A stretch of DNA of 64,000 nucleotides, from the NCBI RefSeq assembly GCF_009914755.1, contig NC_060932.1. One strand, 5' to 3'. This document shows, in pieces, positions 55,998-64,000 of this stretch. The DNA is from the human T2T-CHM13v2.0 reference genome, Homo sapiens. The position numbers were made by a program, and so were the translations under genes. Each line of letters begins with the position of its first letter. The first letter of the stretch is position 1. A model generated the notes under the pieces. That model made no database searches. It saw only the letters and a list, made by a program, of their open reading frames with translations, and was not told the origin of the DNA.

Positions 55998-56722
55998 AGG
56001 AAATGGGCAGGAGATAGTTAGATATTGGAGAATTGTGAGAGGAATGGAATCAGAACAGGAAGCAAACATTTGCTTAGCCACTGCTCACTCTGTAATGTCC
56101 ATAATTCTAAGCTCAAAGCTCCTCCTGTCATCCCTAGCCCCACAGATTCTGGTCTCCTCTTTGACTGAGATAGGTACAGGGAAGCAGTCTGAGCTCCACT
56201 GTGGATTGCCCAGACACAAACCAAGTGTTGCTTATTTTGCCTTAAAATGCTGCAGGATTGAGCTTGACATTCTCCTGTCATTGCCTTTTTCTCTTTAGGT
56301 CCCATTGAAGCAAAGCAGGAAGCCACTCTTAAAGAGACAAAGAAATTTGGAGTAGCCCAGTACACTCAGAGTCTAATTTCTTGACCTTTGTGGGAAACAA
56401 ACTAGATTCCATTTAATTATACAGTAGTCTCATTGAAAACAGACCTCAGAATGTGTATTACTCAAGTATTGTTTGTGGACCACATCTTGAAAATTGCCTA
56501 TCTAAACTACTCACAAAAAGACCAAGGCCATTCAGAGCTTTTCAAAGGAAGGTCATTAACTGTGTTCCAGAATTATCTTCCATTTTGCTGATACTCAAAT
56601 CAGAGCAAATCATCTAATTCGGTGAAGAATAGATCTAGTACCGGTATCAGGATGATGGTCTCGATACAGAACTTCTCATCTCCAAAAATGATGATAAAAG
56701 ACGATATGAAGGAGTTGAAGTA

Positions 56723-57356
56723 CAGGGAGTTTTGCTATAATATTTGTTTGAAACCATGAATTCTGTTGCAAAGTAATTGATATACTATTGAATAATTTAT
56801 AAATAGCATAAATTTTCAGTATTCTTACACATAAATTCATCTGGAAAAACATTAGTTGAGCACAAAACACTCACCTCCATGAACCCAGCTGAACAGACAC
56901 ATGCAACACCCCACTCCCAAAACAAACACACACACACACACACACAGACATACACACACATCTGAGTATTACCTTGGTTCACCAGTCATCATGGTCCATC
57001 CATATCTAGTGTTAACAATGTTCTGTATGATTTCAGATCACCCTCCCTCTACTCCTTCACATTAATGCACATGCTGTAATCCTTCCAAAGCCCACTTCCA
57101 CAAGCAAATATCAAGTCTTCTTCAAGACGAACTGCCACGTTTATGATAGTATTTATATAGTTTTTAATGGTTTAATTTATGTAAAATTATGCTACTGTTT
57201 TATTAAGATCCTATTTTTTAAATGCGTCTATGATGAAAAAATTTTAGTGCTACACACCAACCCCAGTTTTTTCATAAGCCCTAGGGTTTCTATTGTGTAA
57301 TTAAGTGTACTACAGTGATTTTTAGGCATACATATGTATTAGAGAAGAAGTGATTG
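56723..57356 (+). mobile_element. Tigger (Tigger13a-like) TcMar DNA transposon, near full-length
   Basis: Starts cag…ttttgctataa and ends agaagtgattg, flanked by TA at 56721-22 and 57357-58. Internal motifs acccagctgaac, gcccacttccacaagcaaa, ccaaccccagttttttcataagccct. Contains an internal (CA)n. Confidence 0.8.
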
Positions 57357-60300
57357 TATTGTGTAAGTTTGTGTCACAGCATTACTCTCTATTGATTCAC
57401 AGTGCAAAGAAAATGTGCCTTCTTTATCTCTAATGGCCCATAGTATATTTTTTTTCATGAGGTCTCCACTTGCAAGGTAGCATATAAGATTTTACTCTCA
57501 TGAAGTATCTCTTATTTTATAAAGAAATGGCCTTCTAGGCCCTCTCCTCAAGAATCTCAAACAGAAACTGGGAAAACTGTAATTTTGTCTTTGGCTTTGT
57601 TCTAGTCATTGGACCTAATGTGTATAGATCTCACTATCTATCCAGTGCTTCCATCCCTGTCTCCTTTCCATATCCCTTGGGCCTAAAAGTATATGACTTT
57701 CATTCCTGTGTTTTTTTTAGCCTGGACTTCTCTTACATATTATTCCCCTTCCAAGGACAGCTAGCATCATGGTTCAGCCAGATTGATGCAAGCAATAGGC
57801 ACTCCAGGCTATGGAAGAACCTATGATTGAGTTGCAGGGTATCTCTTGATATTAACTAGGATAAAGAATTGGAGGAAATTCTTTCATCTCTCAACAAAGC
57901 CTGGCTTTAAAGATTATGTTTTACCTTCAGTCTCAAAAATCCTACACTGGATACCAAAATTTAAAAGTTGATTGTTTCTTTTTGCATTCCTGCAATAACA
58001 ATTTGAATTCTCTCCAAAGACAGAAGATGCCTGTCACAGGATGGGGAAAATCACTTGAGAGGAAATGTAAAAAATAGCAAAAACAATCAATGTTTTCCAA
58101 CAGATATTAGCTCTATCACATATACTATATGACCCTCTTCTCTTTGAGTTGGCATAGGTACTACATTTTATATGATACTTAAAAATATAAACATTGAAAA
58201 ACATAAAACTGAAATTTTAGTAATGTTTAAAGCATATTGAGAAAAATCTCACCTTCCTGAAATTCTCAGATTCATGTCAGAAAATTTTGCTTGTGTAATT
58301 TTCTACCCTAGAAAGAGCATAGCCATTTCTTCATCACATCAAACCCAAGTACAGTATTTGGTAAAGAGGAAATAAGAGAATCAGTCATGGTCCATGAAGA
58401 GAAGTCCTGTGACCTTTCTAGTGTATTGGACTATACCACCAAACTTTACTCTTGAAATACATATTTTCTCGTAACTTGTGAGTAGAAAAATAAATATTTA
58501 TTTCATAATAAGAAATTACATACAAATGTTCCACTATTCCCCTAAGATAGTTCAACATGAAACTAGCCCCATGCATAAAGTTGAAGAAATATGGAAGAAA
58601 TTTGTTGGAGTAGACTTAAATTTCAAATACTTAATAATAAAGTCATTTAAAATAATTAATACAATTTACTTAATAACCAAATATTATGCTACTATTTAAG
58701 ATGCTTACTGTCTAAGTTTTTTATGTAGATAATGTAAGGAAAGTTACTTTATGTAAATTAATATTCAATTTATTAAAGTTATACATTCAAGTCTTTTCTT
58801 AGGTTAGGTTCAATTAATTGCAAATTAATGATCACATATTTATCTGGAAGAGTAGGAATAATAAGCATTGTACTCTGTAACAAAATTAATACAAAAGATT
58901 ATTTTATCTGAGCATAAAAAAAGTCTGCAAGAGATAAATTTTCAGTGAAAATATACCATATGTCCAGTTAAAATTAGACTGTGAAGAATAAGTTGAAGAA
59001 TCCAATATTTCTTTAAAATTGTTAGGAGTATGTTTAAACAGAAGGCATGATTGTTTTCTCTTTTAATGCTTTTCTGAATTTTGATACCCTTACTCTGCAG
59101 CATCCAGCAGAATGTTTTATGTAAAAAAAAAATGGTGCTAATAAGTGTGTGTGGAGAAAATGAATAAAAATATTTTTATTGGAAAAAATATTTAGATTCA
59201 TCTTACATGATTTTTTAAAACCAATTTATACATTAGGTAATTGTTTTGAAATAAGAGCAATACAATGTCTCCTTTGACTAACGTTCAAATTAATTTTAAG
59301 AGATTGAATTTCTCTATATAGTTAATCTCATTTACAGAGAGTTAATTATATTATCTTAAACACTTATGACATTAAATATGTAACTTTAGTACATCTGATT
59401 ATCTCACCATTTTAAATGTCGGAAAGTGCAGACAAGCCTAGCATACAGTCTTCCTAAGAACATAAGCAGTTCTTGTAAAGATTTCTAAATTTTATTTATT
59501 ACTTCAGATAACTCAAATAAACTAAAGCGATTACACTATATATTTTTAAGTTGAACAGAAAAATAATAATAGTGACTTGACTTAATTTATTATCTCTCTA
59601 ATTATTTGTTAATTTTTTCAAGGTTTTACACATACTTAGGAAAAGAGTTACTATTTTAGACAGAATCTAAATCATGTGATAGACATTTGTCACTTAATCA
59701 CATATTTGAGCCACACCCCCCAAAAAAATAACCTGGGACCTTACATTCTTTCGGATTCAAACCAAGTTACAAGTAAATACCCTGAAACTTTTTGTAGTTG
59801 GTTTCTATCTGCTTGTTCAAAAACAGAAGCCAAATCCATATATTTCTGTTGGGAATTAGTTTTGTAAGTTGGTGAATCACTTGTCTCCTTTGTCAAGTGT
59901 CATCTTAATACTTTTTAAACTGCTTTTAGCTGTTTGGGTAGGAAGGTAGAATTCTTAGGTTGCAGGTATATTCCAGCACCACTTGAATTAATTTATTTAA
60001 TCTTACTAACTGAAAGGATTCTTCATTCTTTTCATATTATTTTCTCTTTTGACTCTTGGCCATAATTCAACAGAGAGTATATGAATACAAGCATATATTT
60101 GAAGGTAGGAATGGTAGGTCTGTAGTGGAATGTTAAGCACAATTGACCTAATTGTCAAATAAAATGTGCAGCTTTCAGTTGACATGGTATGAGCTTGAAT
60201 GATATTTGGATAATATGGATGAAAGATGGATAAGATAGGAGAGTAGCAGCTCAGATGAAAAATGGGAAGATCTAATTCAAGCCTGGCTCTTGTATTTAAT

Positions 60301-61265
60301 CTTTGGAAGATCTCTCAAGGACAAGATGATCTATTGTAATCCTGCCCCATTTTCCTAATTCTGAAATTCTTTGAGTTACTTAAAAAACAAAGGAAGCTAT
60401 ATATTGTCTTGAAAGTTTTTGAAGCCAGTAACTACTATTGCAAAAGATGAAGCTAACAGTAAAACATCTCTTTCTTATGTTATCATGCTACCTGAATGAT
60501 TCACTTTAAATAGATTTACTTTGTATCTTAACTTCAAACTATGCTAATATTTAATCCTTGACCAGAACCTTGGAATCTTATATTGGTTGAATGCAAATAT
60601 TTACTAATTAGATTTATGTACCCATAATCAACATTTTCTAAATACTTTTACCAACACATGATGTTACTATTTAACCTAATGATTATATTTTGATGTAGGT
60701 TTTGATCCAATGAAAAATATCAACGAGCCGGCATTTCCCCATCTTCTCTTGTTTTGTTTATGTCCTTTGTCTCTTTTCTACTTTCCTTGGCAACTAAAGT
60801 TCCCCTAACACCTTCTTATCTGCAATTAACTTGATCATATTTGTTTTTGCTACTTTCTGAAAAGAGAATTTTCTGTAATGGCAGCAGCACTACTCTGAGA
60901 ATTGAATTCCACATTAAGTTAACCTCTCTGTTGTCAAAAAATTAAAGTACTAAAGTGTTTAAAAAAAACTTACATCACAAATGTTCAAAAAATGCAGATT
61001 GAAATCCAGACACAGGAATCCTTTGATGATAGATAATTGGAATTACTGTAAAAAAATAAGTATTATTACCTTTTTCCAATGGTTCTCAGCCTAAACACTG
61101 TTATTGTTGAAACCTTTTCACTTTTTATCCACATTATTCTAATAGTGTCTGAACTGATCTCTCTGCCTGATATATTTGCTTGTACCAATTTTTTTTATAG
61201 ACTTCTGGCCATATGGCTTTGCCTTAAATGCAATTCTGCACCTATTACACTCCTTTTGAGTCTAG

Positions 61266-61530
61266 TATTCATTTGTTTCACAAGTCACTTGGGAGCACCT
61301 ACTACATGCTGAGAATCTGGCATTTTCTCTTAGGAGAAGTCACCAATAAATACAATATTCCACATACTATGAAAGAGGTAAACCTAAACATCATAGACAA
61401 GGGTTCCTCGCCAAGAAGTCAGGAACAAGTGTCCCCTAGAAGTGATAGCAAAACTCAGTTGAATGAGTCAGACAAAAATCCACAGGACATAAATTAGTAA
61501 GAGAAAGAATGTAGCATTGGGAGAGGGAAG
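61266..61530 (-). mobile_element. L2 fragment
   Basis: attcatttgtttcacaag…gagcacctactacatgc…. Confidence 0.5.
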
Positions 61531-61536
61531 GATCTA

Positions 61537-62021
61537 TGTGAAGCAGGTTCACTGTGCACTGGTTACCAATTTGTCTGAGTCTAGGGAGACAACACATTTA
61601 TAAGCAACAGGCAGATGTATCACTTACAGATAGGCAGCAAGAAACAACAGAAGCCCAAGATTTATTGTGAGCTGAATTCAATTCTGTGAACAGAAGTCCA
61701 ACATTCATTGTAAGTCAGAAAGCTGCCCAGGGAAGATGAGCTCTGGGCTGCTCATGGCCCCACTTGAACCACAGATGTGGAACCCTGAGAGGCAGCTCAT
61801 CCTGGCTTATATACCTTGGGGTCACATAAATCACTGAGCTAAATTATTGAAGGGCATTCTGCTCTGGGAGAAGCCTGGAACAGAACCTAGCTGCTCCAGC
61901 CAGTTAGCTTTATCTCAGGATGCTGCACTCTCAGCACACTCTGTGATTATTCTTAAGAATTACACATAAGAAAGGGGAAAGAACTGGGTCACTCCAGAGC
62001 CAGCCAGAAAACTGTCCTGCA
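61537..62021 (-). mobile_element. MER54 (MER54A-like) ERVL solo LTR
   Basis: tgtgaagcaggttcactgtgcactggttaccaa…actgtcctgca (TG…CA ends). TSD atct(a/g) at 61532-61536 and 62022-62026. Confidence 0.88.
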
Positions 62022-62369
62022 ATCTGTAGTACAGTAAAAGCCTTGTTACTTTACATAATCAGGACCAGTTTCTGATTAAAGAGTTAAAGAGAAGAATTAT
62101 TTCTTTTACAAAAAGATACATCAGTCTTGTATTGGATACAGATTAGGCAACAAAACAAAATACAGCGGTTTTTAACAAGATAGAAACTACCTTTACACAT
62201 TAGTCTGAACGCAACCTATCTAAGAATGATGTGGTAACTTTTGTAAAGACCCAGGTGCTTTCTATAAAGCTGTTGTTTTTACCCCTTGTGTGATGGCCTC
62301 TGGCTCCTGGTTGAAGATGATCAATCAGCCATTCCAGAGGGAGTGTTGTCCACCTGCTCTCATGCCCCC

Positions 62370-62804
62370 TACCATGGTTTGAATATTTGCCCCCTTCTGA
62401 ACTCATGTTGAAATGTAATCCTCAATTTGCCAGTACTGAGAGATGGGCATTTAAGAGGAAATAAGATTATGAGGTTTGTGCTCTTATGAATGGACTAATT
62501 TATTCGTAGATTAATGAATTAATAGGTTAGTGAATTAATGGGTTATTATGGAAGTGGGACTGATGGCTGTATGAGAAGAGGAAGGGAGACCTGACCTAGC
62601 ATGCTCAGCCCCCTTACCATGTGATGGCCTGTACCACCTCAAGACTGTGCATAGGGTCCCCACTAGCAAGAAGGCCCCCACCAGATGTGGCCCCTTGACC
62701 TTGGACTTCTCAGCCTCCATAACTGTAAGAAATAAATTATTTTTCTTCATACTTTACCTAGTTTCATGTATTCTATTATAAGCAACAGAAAATGAACTAA
62801 GACT
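62370..62804 (+). mobile_element. MSTB-like solo LTR
   Basis: atggtttgaatatttgcccc…aactcatgttgaaat…ttggacttctcagcctccataactgtaagaaataaat…gaactaagac. TSD-like ccccc/ccctc. Confidence 0.9.
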
Positions 62805-63031
62805 CCCTCTTTTTCTTCCCTGCATTTATCTTGCTGATGTGGGGAGGATAGGAAAGAAAGTGACTATAGTCACTGTCTTTGTACATACCTGCTCTTGAGA
62901 AACTGTTAGTCCTTTATCGGCCATATCACTGTGCTTTTCACCTATTTCCTGTGACCATGATAAGTATGAGTGATGGCTTTAGCAGGCTCCCTTGACAAGT
63001 TGGTCAGCCTCTGGAGACACTGGGGCTTTAG

Positions 63032-63397
<366 letters not shown>

Positions 63398-64000
63398 TGA
63401 TATGGTTTGGATTTGTGTGTCTGCCCAAATCTCATGTCAAATTGTAATACCCATTATTGGAGGTGGGGACTGGTGGGAGGTGACTGGATCATGGGGGTGG
63501 ATTTCTCCCTTTGGTGCTGTTCTCATGACAGAGTTCTTACAAGATATGATGAAGTATGTAGCACCTCCCCACAACCTTCCTCCTGCCTGGCCATATGAAA
63601 TCCTGACTGCCCCCTTTGCCCTGTGCCAAGATTGAAAGTTTCCTGAGGCCTCCCAAGAAGCACATGCCAGTATCATGCTTCCTGTACAGCCTGTGGAACC
63701 ATGAGCCAATTAAATCTCTTTTCTTCATAAATTACCCAGTCTCAGGTAGTTGTTTATAGCAATGTGAGAACAGACTAATATAGAAAATTGGTACTGAGAA
63801 GTGGGGCATTGCTATAAAGATATCTGAACATGTGGAAGCAGCTTTGGAACAGGCAGAGGTCGGAACAGATTGGAGGGCTCAACAGAAGACAGGAAGATGA
63901 GGGAAGGTTTGGAATTTCCTAGAGACTTGTCATATCACTATCAGAAATGCTGATAGTGATATGGACGATGAAGTCCAGGCTAAGGAGGTCTCAGATGGAG
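63398..64000 (+). mobile_element. MSTA 5' LTR (63398-63782) plus the start of MaLR internal sequence (runs off the window)
   Basis: tgatatggtttggatttgtgt…gagaacagactaata(t)a, immediately followed by gaaaattggtactgagaagtggggcattgctataaag (MST-int start). Confidence 0.92.

Overview
AT-rich, CpG-poor primate (human-like) genomic DNA dominated by interspersed repeats: L1 (L1PA, L1MA, L1MB), Alu/FLAM, MaLR and ERVL LTRs (THE1, MST, MLT1, MER54), L2, MIR, a Tigger and microsatellites. Subfamily names come from recalled consensus sequences and need RepeatMasker/Dfam confirmation. The only host coding sequence I can support is a 37-nt exon at 17879-17915 (+), encoding MTMYKSKRRHQR and followed by a phase-1 GTAAGT donor. 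I recognise it from memory as the alternative internal first exon of RALYL (hnRNP C/RALY family), so the window appears to lie in a large RALYL intron. Almost all ORF-track entries are repeat-derived or chance. The most notable structures are: the internal promoter/exon, which would give an RRM-less RALYL isoform and has a near-perfect RFX X-box 200 bp downstream; three independent 5'-inverted (twin-primed) L1 insertions within 18 kb; an unexplained 119-bp direct repeat pair 783 bp apart; a tail-to-tail Alu pair 200 bp apart; AT-rich perfect palindromes; and a candidate 75-nt poison exon. I see no convincing evidence of an entirely new biological system, and no prokaryotic-type features.
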